Shown: piece after piece, positions 50,051 through 59,315 of the stretch
Layout of the letters: every line of letters starts with the position of its first letter
Position numbering within the stretch: the first letter of the stretch is position 1
Assembly (NCBI GenBank): GCA_963713925.1
Contig: OY970212.1
Coordinates: 704,001 to 768,000, forward strand
Direction: 5' to 3'
DNA from: an uncultured bacterium
GTDB lineage: Bacteria > Babelota > Babeliae > Babelales > Vermiphilaceae
DNA: 64,000 nt
The notes under the pieces: model-generated
Told to the model about the DNA's origin: nothing
What the model saw: the letters and a program-made list of their open reading frames with translations, nothing else
Databases searched by the model: none
Program-made: the position numbers and the translations under genes

Positions 50051-52273
50051 TTATTCTACTTCTTGCTCCAACCATTCGTTTTCATTGATCTCAATCCACA
50101 CACGATTGCTTAATGTTCGTGTGTTCGGATTGAAGTTCATATGAATTCCTTTGTATTTAACGTCTTTAAATGTTTGAAAATGCTCAATAATCTTTTCTCC
50201 GGTCACGGGACCTTTGATTACCTTGAGCGCTTCTAAATAGAGGTTTGTTCCGATATATGATTCCAACGAGAAAATGTCGTATGGATTGTTACCCAAATCC
50301 ATTAAATTTCTAAATGCTTGGACTATTGGTAAGGTGCTGTTTGTCGGGTTTGGAACTACTTGACTGAAGATAATATTAACTCCCAAATTTTTAATAAACT
50401 TTCTAAAAACGTTGTCGCCAACAAATGAAATGCCAAAAAATTTGGTTGAAATGAGCATATCAAGACTGAGCGCTCGCATTAATGCTTCAGTTGCAAGACC
50501 GGTTGAAAATAAACCGACTGCATCGGGTTGGCCTTTTTTAATAAGATCGATTTGTCGACTGAAATCAGTTGATGTTCTGTTATAAGGCACTTCGGTCCAT
50601 TGAGAAATACCAAGCTCTTTCAAGATTTCTCGAGCTGCGGTGAGCGCTCCTTGGCCATAGGCGTCATCTTGATAAAAAAAGGCGAATTTTTTTGTCTCAT
50701 GTTGTGAAATCATGTATTTAATGAGCGTGCGTACTTCTTGTGCGTAAGAAGTACGCCAATGAATAATACTTGTTAAATCTTTTTTCCTAAATGCCGGTGA
50801 GCCGGTAACGGGGAAAATGACACTGATTTGATGTTTTTCAACTAAATCAATGTATCCCGAGAGCGAGGGGCTTCCAACGGGGAGCAAGACTGTGTCAATA
50901 TCCCGTTTTGATTTGAGAAGTTCGATATTTCTGCGGGCAATGCTCGGTTCATATTGATCATCAAGAATGATCGGACGAATACTATGACCTTTGATGCCCC
51001 CCTCTTGATTATATTGATTAACAACAGCACTCATGCATCGTTGTACGCTTTGTCCCATGTAACCGAGACTTTTGGTCAATGGCATTGTTGATCCGATGTA
51101 GTAGGGATGTTTGTCAAAAGCTGTTGGGCTATAGACTGTTTGACCGGAAACAATGCGGAACAGAGTATCTTTAAAAAAACCAACTCTATTTCTTACGTCT
51201 TGGTAAAGCAGTTGAATTGTTGCATCTTCAATCGTTTTTCCAAGGGTAATTTCCGCGAATGCATCAAAATAAAAATTGAAAAATTGTTGGTACACCGGTG
51301 TCTGAGATGAAATTAATGACCATGCAGTTGTTCCTAAATCAGGTTCTATGAAGCGGAGTCCGTTAGTTGCTGCTATTTTATCTTGTGTATAGTTGCCACC
51401 GCGCAGGATGCTCACGACCTCTTGAGTTTCTTGAACGACTTTATTTTTAGTTATTTGGAGATAATCAATAGTGTCTGGCTCTTTTGAAAAAAGATTTCCG
51501 ATGTGACTCTCATCAAAATCATAACTTGAGCGCGATTCATTTGATAATCGAATAACTTCTTTAGTTTGGTCTTTTTGATTGATATAAAGTGCTTCGGGAA
51601 GCGTATCAAAAAAATCAGACAGTGATTTTTTAAAAGCTTCTTTTTGTTTGTCAGACATTTGTAACTGTATGTTGATTTGTGTATTAAGACTGAAATCTTT
51701 CCAAAGGTCATCGCGTTCGTGTGAACCTTTGAGATAAAATACCTGATTTGGGTTGTATGCCATCAAAACGAGAACAATGAAAAGAGTTTCTAGTGAATAA
51801 GCATACCGATCAATGACATTACCCAAAAAGATAAAAGTATATCCGGGGGCGATGCGAAAATGTGAGTCGAGTATCTTTTGTTCATACAGATATTCGAGTG
51901 TTCGAAAGAGAGAATGTGCAGCGCCGAATAGATCACCCCATACAATATATTTTGAACCTTCTTTGCCGGTTATATTCACCACATAGGGCGTAAGCGCAGA
52001 ATATTTTTTTCGTTCTAATACAATCGTATCAAGCAATGTTTTGATGGTATTGATATTCCACGGTTGGGGCGCTCTCAGTTTGAGAAAGTGTAATAGTTTG
52101 TCAGATAACGAAGAAATACGTGTTCGATAAAAGGTTGCATAATCAGGATTATTCCACTCATTCGTATCACTGACAACAAGTTCAGGTAAGCTTTTTATAA
52201 AAAAGGATAGATCAATAAGATCACAGATCGTGTGGATGGGAATAAAAAGCGCCGCCAAAATTATTTTTTTCAT
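50051..52273 (-). CDS. Fusion of degenerate PPP-type metallophosphoesterase and LivJ/K-type (Venus flytrap) binding domain
   Basis: WGDLFG, LGNVIDR, LKGSHE, FFDTLP; C-terminal IGSTMPLT..NQEGGIKG..LDDQYEP, FYQDDAYG; signal peptide. Confidence 0.85.
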   Translation of the reverse strand: MKKIILAALFIPIHTICDLIDLSFFIKSLPELVVSDTNEWNNPDYATFYRTRISSLSDKLLHFLKLRAPQPWNINTIKTLLDTIVLERKKYSALTPYVVNITGKEGSKYIVWGDLFGAAHSLFRTLEYLYEQKILDSHFRIAPGYTFIFLGNVIDRYAYSLETLFIVLVLMAYNPNQVFYLKGSHERDDLWKDFSLNTQINIQLQMSDKQKEAFKKSLSDFFDTLPEALYINQKDQTKEVIRLSNESRSSYDFDESHIGNLFSKEPDTIDYLQITKNKVVQETQEVVSILRGGNYTQDKIAATNGLRFIEPDLGTTAWSLISSQTPVYQQFFNFYFDAFAEITLGKTIEDATIQLLYQDVRNRVGFFKDTLFRIVSGQTVYSPTAFDKHPYYIGSTMPLTKSLGYMGQSVQRCMSAVVNQYNQEGGIKGHSIRPIILDDQYEPSIARRNIELLKSKRDIDTVLLPVGSPSLSGYIDLVEKHQISVIFPVTGSPAFRKKDLTSIIHWRTSYAQEVRTLIKYMISQHETKKFAFFYQDDAYGQGALTAAREILKELGISQWTEVPYNRTSTDFSRQIDLIKKGQPDAVGLFSTGLATEALMRALSLDMLISTKFFGISFVGDNVFRKFIKNLGVNIIFSQVVPNPTNSTLPIVQAFRNLMDLGNNPYDIFSLESYIGTNLYLEALKVIKGPVTGEKIIEHFQTFKDVKYKGIHMNFNPNTRTLSNRVWIEINENEWLEQEVE

Positions 52274-52294
52274 ATGAATAAACCTTTTTTATTA

Positions 52295-52400
52295 TACCCA
52301 AACTTCGCTTCGCTCCGCTCGGGGCCCGTTATCGGGGTCCCCATGCTTTAGCGTGGGGTAATTCATTACACCCAAGCTCATTAACTTCGCTTGGGACCCC
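52295..52400. repeat. Three palindromic elements between the channel gene and the fusion gene
   Basis: 52295-52327 reverse; 52334-52360 forward (GGGGTCCCCATGC..GCGTGGGGTA); 52367-52400 reverse. Confidence 0.8.
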
Positions 52401-53435
52401 TTACTGGCCCCAAAAAAACAGTAAATACACGGATACTGCAATAACAAATAGATGAAATAACACAACAATGACGTTTTTCCACCAATAATTAATTTTGCTC
52501 AACGTTATACTAAAAAAGAAAATGAAGAGTGATACCGTCAAAATAAGAAAGAACACATAGTCGGATAACATGAAATATCCAACTTTCGGCGAGAGATTTT
52601 CAATAACAAATCGGTACGCAAGTAGTGCAGTCACGCCGCCTGTTGAAATTGATATAACGGAAGGTGAACCCGGAGGGAGAGAAAAAATGAATAATGATAT
52701 GAAAAATATTGCGAGTAGGGGAAGCATGATCGTAACGGCGTATCGATTTCCCAATCGTTCAAAATCAGCTGAAAAAAGAACAGCAGGGTCAGCAACGTTT
52801 TTTTGTATCGTTTCACTGTCTTTAATCGCCTCTATATAACCGGTTTTGACCTTTTTTTTGACCAATTGCCACCCAAGGAGTTGAATGGATGAGTCTTTCA
52901 GATCAAAATCGGCAACGGAGGAGATAAATGATGCTTCATTTGGCTGAAGGCTTGAAATGATGACACCGATATAGACGCGATGGTCGTCAAAAGGGAAAAA
53001 ACGATATTCCATAGCGCTTTTAAACTGCACTTTAACATCGTAGCGCACCCAAAGACGAGAATTGACGATTTGAGTATATGGTTTTGATTTTTCTACATGT
53101 TCCGCATTTTGAAATTTGAATTGATTGAGCATATCTACTTTGATAAAATCCGGGTCACATTCAAAAGTGATAATTCCTGAAAAAGCAAACTCATTTTTTA
53201 CCGGATCAAAAGCAGAAAAATCACTGATGAGGAGGCTCACATTAACCTGGGCTGGAGTTCCGCCGAACGCAGCGAGTTTCTTTGGGGTCATTTGTACGAG
53301 CGCCGGAGGAGTGTCACCTGTGTAAAAGCGTTTTGAGATCTTGTAAACGCAAAATGCAAGTATCGAAGTTGTGATTATCATCATGAAACATTGAACGAAT
53401 AAACTGACCGGTTTTTCGTAGGTAGTTGTTGTCAT
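52401..53435 (-). CDS. Prokaryotic pentameric ligand-gated ion channel (GLIC/ELIC-like)
   Basis: PAQVNVSLLI..FD...EF beta1-2, MEYRFFPFDDH Pro-loop, LLGW, pre-M1 FER, M1 IMLP, M2-M3 SPKVGY, four TMs plus an N-terminal anchor. Confidence 0.88.
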   Translation of the reverse strand: MTTTTYEKPVSLFVQCFMMIITTSILAFCVYKISKRFYTGDTPPALVQMTPKKLAAFGGTPAQVNVSLLISDFSAFDPVKNEFAFSGIITFECDPDFIKVDMLNQFKFQNAEHVEKSKPYTQIVNSRLWVRYDVKVQFKSAMEYRFFPFDDHRVYIGVIISSLQPNEASFISSVADFDLKDSSIQLLGWQLVKKKVKTGYIEAIKDSETIQKNVADPAVLFSADFERLGNRYAVTIMLPLLAIFFISLFIFSLPPGSPSVISISTGGVTALLAYRFVIENLSPKVGYFMLSDYVFFLILTVSLFIFFFSITLSKINYWWKNVIVVLFHLFVIAVSVYLLFFWGQ

Positions 53436-53535
53436 TGAAAAAGTTCCTCTTCCTTTTTTTCTTTACAATACCATCGCCTTTTTGCAAGCATAAAGTCAAT
53501 AAAAAAAGGAATGCGTGTTAAAAAGGGATCATCTC

Positions 53536-54762
53536 ATGGCAAAAACATTAATATCGGTAGATTTAACCAAATCGCCGGCTCAACAACCAACTCCGTTGCA
53601 CAATCGCTGGCATCCCGATATTCCCGCAGTTGTATCAGTGAAACCGGGCGAAACATTTCGATTGGAATGCCTTGATTGGACAGGGGGACAGATAAAGAAT
53701 GATGATGACGCGCACGATGTTCATGCCGTTGACTTAAGCCAAGTACACTATTTGAGTGGCCCGGTGGCAGTCAGCAGTGCCGAGCCGGGTGATTTGTTGG
53801 TTGTCGATATTATCGATCTCGGGCCATTGCCCGGCCATGAATGGGGATACACCGGCATTTTTGCAAAAAGGAATGGTGGCGGATTTTTGGATGAATATTT
53901 TCCCGATGCCCACAAAGCAATCTGGGATCTTAAAAATGGTTATGCATCGTCGCGCCATATTCATGGGGTGAACTTTAAAGTAATGTCGCATCCGGGGATT
54001 GTCGGTGTTGCTCCGTCACACAAATTATTGAACGAATGGAGCAAGCGAGAAGCGGAATTGGTGAAACAATATGTGCATCGCGTTCCTCCTGTTGCATGGC
54101 TGCCGGAGGCCAAAGGAGCACTTGTTGGATTGCTGAAGGGAGCCGATGCTGAACGCGTTGCTCGCGAAGGGGCGCGCACGGTGCCCGGCCGTGAAAACGG
54201 TGGAAACACTGACGTTATGACCAAAACCCGTGGTACGCGACTCTATTTTCCCGTGCATGTGCATGAGGCGCTTCTTTCCGTGGGCGATTTGCATTATTCA
54301 CAAGGTGATGGAGAAATATCGTTTTGTGGTGGAATTGAAATGGCTGGGTGGATTGAGCTAAAAGTTGATCTGATTAAAAACGGTGCGCAAGCCTATAATC
54401 TCAAACAAGGAATGTTTACATTCGGAAAAACGGCATTCCCGCAATATCCGGAATATCTGGCATTTGAAGGGTTGTCGTTAGATAAAGAGGGCAGACAACA
54501 TTATATCGATGCGACATTGGCCTACCGGCAAGCGTGTTTGCATGCGATCGATTATCTCACTCAGTTCGGCTACACGCGTGAACAGGCGTACCTTTTGTTA
54601 AGCGCTGCGCCAGTTGAAGGCCGCTTTAGCGCAGTTGTCGATTCACCGAACGCATTTGCAACCCTTGCTATGCCGACTGGTATGTTTGAATTTGATATTC
54701 AGCTTTCTGCAAAAGGCCCCGTTCGTGCTAAACGTGGCAATGTGTGCGGTGTGTGTAAGTAA
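53536..54762 (+). CDS. fmdA: Formamidase (acetamidase/formamidase family)
   Basis: HNRWHPDIP, ECLDWTGGQI, VHYLSGP, ENGGN.D, GDLHYSQGDGEISFCG. Confidence 0.93.
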   Translation: MAKTLISVDLTKSPAQQPTPLHNRWHPDIPAVVSVKPGETFRLECLDWTGGQIKNDDDAHDVHAVDLSQVHYLSGPVAVSSAEPGDLLVVDIIDLGPLPGHEWGYTGIFAKRNGGGFLDEYFPDAHKAIWDLKNGYASSRHIHGVNFKVMSHPGIVGVAPSHKLLNEWSKREAELVKQYVHRVPPVAWLPEAKGALVGLLKGADAERVAREGARTVPGRENGGNTDVMTKTRGTRLYFPVHVHEALLSVGDLHYSQGDGEISFCGGIEMAGWIELKVDLIKNGAQAYNLKQGMFTFGKTAFPQYPEYLAFEGLSLDKEGRQHYIDATLAYRQACLHAIDYLTQFGYTREQAYLLLSAAPVEGRFSAVVDSPNAFATLAMPTGMFEFDIQLSAKGPVRAKRGNVCGVCK

Positions 54763-54768
54763 AAGATA

Positions 54769-54798
54769 TATAGGGCCGTATAAATCAGGCCCTATATA
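54769..54798. terminator. Bidirectional terminator-like hairpin
   Basis: TATAGGGCC-GTATAAATCA-GGCCCTATA. Confidence 0.6.
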
Positions 54799-54827
54799 AT
54801 TTAATCAGACTGATATTAGAAGATTAT

Positions 54828-55409
54828 TCAGTCGGTTTTCTTGATGTTTGATTTAGTGGTATCGGCAAGGGCTTTTATTTCCCGCATGAGCTGTCGCGAC
54901 TCTTCCGCATCTTGCGCTGCCTTTTGCAGACGGGTGAGACACTCTTGGAATTCGCGCTTATCGTGCTCATTGGCAGCAACATAACTCATATAACCTATCG
55001 ATAAAGCCGTAATTGCCATGATATATTTTTTGTTGTCAGTTCTTCCTGTCGAGGAAGGCACATCAGCTTCCATACGAGAAAGTGCATTGTTATCAACGAG
55101 GGCAACACTCGCACCGGCTACTATTATACATGTAAGTCGAGCTTTTGTTTGTGTTTCACCAAAATAAGAAGACAGTCCAAAACCTGCTCCTGTAATAATT
55201 AGCTGAAGAAGTTCAGGTCGATTGCGATAGCAAAAATTACTGAGGTTTTTTGCACCGGTATTAATGGATTTTTTAATATCAATGTTCGGTGTGAATAGTA
55301 TTTTAATGTAGTGACCATATGCCGGTTGTTTTTGATTGGATTGTTGCAAATCAATTTCAGCGTGTAAAATTGAACTCATGCAGAGCAGTACCGGTAATAC
55401 ATATTTCAT
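54828..55409 (-). CDS. Hypothetical protein with TM segments and C-terminal coiled coil
   Basis: Signal ...ILHA|E; hydrophobic segments; charged helical tail. Confidence 0.7.
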   Translation of the reverse strand: MKYVLPVLLCMSSILHAEIDLQQSNQKQPAYGHYIKILFTPNIDIKKSINTGAKNLSNFCYRNRPELLQLIITGAGFGLSSYFGETQTKARLTCIIVAGASVALVDNNALSRMEADVPSSTGRTDNKKYIMAITALSIGYMSYVAANEHDKREFQECLTRLQKAAQDAEESRQLMREIKALADTTKSNIKKTD

Positions 55410-55572
55410 GAAAAATCCTTATAGCGCATGATACATTTTGTAATCAACGTAGATAATTTTATCATTTTTAATCAAAAAGAGAATTGAAAATTAACAAACG
55501 GATTATGATCTGATGATAATTCTTTTTAATTCCCAAAATAAACGAAGGGTCGTATCAAGCGACCTTTTTCTC

Positions 55573-56346
55573 CTATTCTCCAACTGCTTGTGTGAAATGA
55601 CTCGTAAATGTATCAAACTCAAGATTCAAATCTTTACCATGTTTTTCATACCATGCATTGAGTGAGACCGGAAAGTGCGGTTTTGCTAATGTATAAAGCG
55701 CTTGCGCATATCTTCTGATTTCAAACTGCGCGCCGGCATGCAAGCGCAAACGCATGAAATGCATGAGCGAATGCAAATTGCAGGTGAAAATAAATTGAGT
55801 GTAGGTTGCAGTGGGGAGTATACCGCGCGCAATTTCCCGGCCGATGCCGGCTTCAAGCAACTGCTCATACGCTTTAACAGCGGCGTTTAATGCTTCTTTA
55901 TATGCGGCTGTTAGTTCTGCATCATCAAAAGATCCGATAGAAGCTTGTTTATTTTTGGTATCTTGTGAACGCCATTTTGGTGGGATATAAAATTCAAGTG
56001 GAGCTTTTACATAGCGATAGCTGATCTCATTATATGAATTCATGCGATGGCGCATCCATTGGCGTGCAACAAATAACGGACATTTAATGCGAAATGAAAA
56101 TTGATTGTGTTCAAACGGGCTCGTGTGCTCATGATCCATTAAAAACTTGATCAGTGTTGCATCTCGAGGGGAAATTTCAGTGCTCACTTTTCCGTAAGAA
56201 ACGCGTGCGGCATTCACGACATCAATATCAGATCCGGAAACACGGACCAATTCAACGGAGCTAATACCGTCGCCGAGTGGATCAAGCAGTATGTGAGGTA
56301 CAGAATTAACGTTAGCATTTTGCGGGGTTGTAACCGAATCAAGCAT
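55573..56346 (-). CDS. thyX: FAD-dependent thymidylate synthase
   Basis: AARVSY, HTSPFEH, RQWMRHR..SYNEIS.RY, REIARG.LP, AQFEIR. Confidence 0.97.
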   Translation of the reverse strand: MLDSVTTPQNANVNSVPHILLDPLGDGISSVELVRVSGSDIDVVNAARVSYGKVSTEISPRDATLIKFLMDHEHTSPFEHNQFSFRIKCPLFVARQWMRHRMNSYNEISYRYVKAPLEFYIPPKWRSQDTKNKQASIGSFDDAELTAAYKEALNAAVKAYEQLLEAGIGREIARGILPTATYTQFIFTCNLHSLMHFMRLRLHAGAQFEIRRYAQALYTLAKPHFPVSLNAWYEKHGKDLNLEFDTFTSHFTQAVGE

Positions 56347-56421
56347 AGAATTTCCTTATAAAATTTATAAGTTTTTTCTAATGTAGCAGGACTATTGAAA
56401 TTGACAATCGAGTTACAAAAA

Positions 56422-57372
56422 TTACCGTACGGCCGGATTCAACTTTCGAGCATATGCCAAAAGTCTTTCCGATCGCTCTTTATTTGCCGGGTGTCCTGAG
56501 AAAAAGGTAACTGGGATGTATCGAATGATGCCGATTCTTTCATCATGGATTGTTACAATTTCATTCAGCTTTTTGAAAAATTCCGCAGCAGCGACAATCT
56601 CTTCTTGAGAACCCCATTGGCATGCCATAGCATCAGCCCGTTTTTCTTCTCTATATTTCCAATAGTTGAGTAATCCAAATGAAAGAAAGAGGTCAAGGAA
56701 TGTTCCGACAACAATCATTGCAGGAATCGCAAATATCAGGCCAAATCGAAGCAATACATGAACTCCGACAATCCAAGAAAGTGCGTTGATTAAGGTAAGC
56801 ACCAATCCGAGGACGGCAAGTTGTTTAATGCTCGCATTATTTTTGCTATGGGCGACTTCATGTTTAAAAAGAAACTTTTGTGCATCTAGTGAACAGGCGG
56901 CTTTGCATGCGGCAAGACGGGTAATCGTTTCGGGAGTAAGGGTTGGCTCAATATATGTTTTTAAAACGGAGGCAGATTTTTGAGCTTCTGGATCTTCATC
57001 AATAAGCGACCAGAAATAGGGATCAATAGAAATAGTATCAAACTGAGTAATGGCAATCATGTGATTTGACCATGCATATCGTACATTCACGCTACTCGTG
57101 TTCATTCCCGCTTGCCTAAGCATCGATTCAAACAGTTCCTTATGGTTCCCTGTTGGAGCAAACATAAGATTTTTGACGGCGTCTTTGGCTACTTTATAGT
57201 TGCGGTACATTTTGAAAAATGAACCAATAGCAGCCATGCCAATAATCATGGCATACAGTGATGTGAGAGGCATACTTCCTGAAAATGCACCAATCAGAAA
57301 AAAGAGGGGGAGAACGGTAGTAATAATGCCTTGGGCACTTGCGGAGATAAGAGTTGCGAGTGATGATTTCAT
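56422..57372 (-). CDS. M48-family membrane zinc metalloprotease
   Basis: HEVAH, EKRAD, HP...R; TM segments. Confidence 0.82.
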   Translation of the reverse strand: MKSSLATLISASAQGIITTVLPLFFLIGAFSGSMPLTSLYAMIIGMAAIGSFFKMYRNYKVAKDAVKNLMFAPTGNHKELFESMLRQAGMNTSSVNVRYAWSNHMIAITQFDTISIDPYFWSLIDEDPEAQKSASVLKTYIEPTLTPETITRLAACKAACSLDAQKFLFKHEVAHSKNNASIKQLAVLGLVLTLINALSWIVGVHVLLRFGLIFAIPAMIVVGTFLDLFLSFGLLNYWKYREEKRADAMACQWGSQEEIVAAAEFFKKLNEIVTIHDERIGIIRYIPVTFFSGHPANKERSERLLAYARKLNPAVR

Positions 57373-57467
57373 GATATTTCCAGAGTAGAATGCTTGCGAT
57401 ATTTTCTACTATAAATTTTATAAGAAAAAGAGTGATTTGTCCAATGAGGAGTGCAGATAGCAGGCTC

Positions 57468-58571
57468 TCAATGGTGCCGCTCGCTTCTGACAAAACTTCC
57501 GATAATTCCAATCATGAGCAGGTGGGCAATCAGTGAAGAGTTTCCATAGCTAATAAAGGGCATGCCGATTCCTTTGGTTGGCACGAGCCCGCAGGCAACG
57601 GCGCAATTGATTGCTGTTTCAATGGCAATGATAAGCATGAAACCTACGGTTGCCAGTGCCGCAAATCGATCTGAAAGTTTGGTGGCAAGTGCACATCCGG
57701 TGTATACGAACCATAAAAAAAGAGCGATTAAACAAATGATGCCGATAAATCCCGTTTCTTCTGCAATAATTGAGAAAATAAAATCGGTATGTTGCATGGG
57801 CAGATAAAAAAGCTTTTGTTTTGATTGTCCAATGCCGACACCAAGCCATCCACCTGAGCCCATGGCAATAAGAGATTGAATGATTTGAAATCCGCTGCCT
57901 TGAGGGTCTGCCCAAGGATCAAGAAAGACAAGGATTCTTTTGAGCCGATATGATTTGGTAATGACAAGCAGTAAGAATGCGGGAAGCGCTGCGCCAACAA
58001 GCCCTAACAAAAATCTTCCCGGAATTCCGGCTAAAAACATCAACGCATACAAGGTGAGACACAAAGTGACTGTCAGTCCAAAATCAGGTTGCTTGAGCAG
58101 GATAATCCATGCGATGCCGCAGATGGAAAGAAGCGGGAGAAATGTTTTGGTCAATGATGTTATGGCGTATTCCTTTTTTGTCAGAAAATACGCAACAAAG
58201 AGCACAAAAGATACCTTTAAAAGCTCACTCGGTTGAAAACTCAATTTCCAGAGCTTCAACCATCGACTGGAGCCATGTATCGTATGTGATAGGCCGGGAA
58301 TAAAGGTGAGAGCGGTCAGTGCAAGCGTGATAATGAATATGAAAGGGGCAAACTTATAAAGCTTTTTTGATGGAATACGTTGTATGAAAGCAGCACCGAC
58401 GATCCCAATGAAAAGGCCGATAATTTGTTTTTTTAGAAAAAAGAAAGCAGAGCCACATTTTTCAGCGGCATATACGGAACTTGCCGAATAGATGAAGATA
58501 AGGCCGACACAGAGTAACATTCCGGCGATGCAAACGAGGCGTTTAAAAAGGGCGATACTATCCATAGTCAA
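57468..58571 (-). CDS. ftsW: SEDS peptidoglycan polymerase FtsW
   Basis: IYSAS, RWL..FQPSE, QPDFG, FLDPW.D, HTDFIF..IAEE.G, PTKG..PFISYG. Confidence 0.95.
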   Translation of the reverse strand: MTMDSIALFKRLVCIAGMLLCVGLIFIYSASSVYAAEKCGSAFFFLKKQIIGLFIGIVGAAFIQRIPSKKLYKFAPFIFIITLALTALTFIPGLSHTIHGSSRWLKLWKLSFQPSELLKVSFVLFVAYFLTKKEYAITSLTKTFLPLLSICGIAWIILLKQPDFGLTVTLCLTLYALMFLAGIPGRFLLGLVGAALPAFLLLVITKSYRLKRILVFLDPWADPQGSGFQIIQSLIAMGSGGWLGVGIGQSKQKLFYLPMQHTDFIFSIIAEETGFIGIICLIALFLWFVYTGCALATKLSDRFAALATVGFMLIIAIETAINCAVACGLVPTKGIGMPFISYGNSSLIAHLLMIGIIGSFVRSERHH

Positions 58572-58575
58572 ATAA

Positions 58576-59307
58576 TTACATTAATGAGCACCAGCGGTTA
58601 TTCTGTTCGCCATCATTTATAAGTGCCGCTTTTCTTTTTTGTTGATCAGCTAATTTATTTTCTTTTATTTTGATTTTGAGAGTTTCTATCGAAGTGTGAC
58701 AATAGTTCTCATACAATTTGTTGAATTCCTCAGTTTCAGTGGGAATTGGAGGATTCATCCATATCATTCTTATGCTGGAAGTGGGTTTATTATTAACAAT
58801 GATATTGCAAGCTTCCTTACATTTTTGTTGGTGTTCATTCGGGTTTGCAAGATTCCTTAATAGATACAGCTGAAAATAGGCGAAGGTCAACCGATGATCA
58901 ATATTTGTTTTTAGTGCGTGCATGATTTCTTGAGTTTCGGGATATTCGAGAAGTTCAGTGTTTCCGATAAGCGGTGAATGCTCTATAAACATTTGTTTGA
59001 GTTTGATCTCTGTAGTATGATCCGAAGGAATTATTTGTCCTATTTTTTCATGGGCTTGTTTAATCCAAGCGCAAAGATCGGTTGTAAGGACCTCGTACGT
59101 TGATCCACCTCTATAATCTGGAATATGCATTTTGTGAGGGGTTGATTTGTAAGTGAAATCTCCTTTACACAGACTTTCTATTGCGGATATTTTTTTTACC
59201 AACAGTTCTTGCTGATAGGGACTTTCATGCGTTGATGATGACAGATCTGCGGCAAAAAGTTGCTGAGTAATTATTGTGATACAGAGAATGATATTTTTGA
59301 AAAACAT
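58576..59307 (-). CDS. Hypothetical secreted protein ending in CaaX (CSLM)
   Basis: Signal ...LFA|AD; C-terminus RWCSLM*. Alternative start at 59319. Confidence 0.75.
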   Translation of the reverse strand: MFFKNIILCITIITQQLFAADLSSSTHESPYQQELLVKKISAIESLCKGDFTYKSTPHKMHIPDYRGGSTYEVLTTDLCAWIKQAHEKIGQIIPSDHTTEIKLKQMFIEHSPLIGNTELLEYPETQEIMHALKTNIDHRLTFAYFQLYLLRNLANPNEHQQKCKEACNIIVNNKPTSSIRMIWMNPPIPTETEEFNKLYENYCHTSIETLKIKIKENKLADQQKRKAALINDGEQNNRWCSLM

Positions 59308-59315
59308 ACAAAGCC

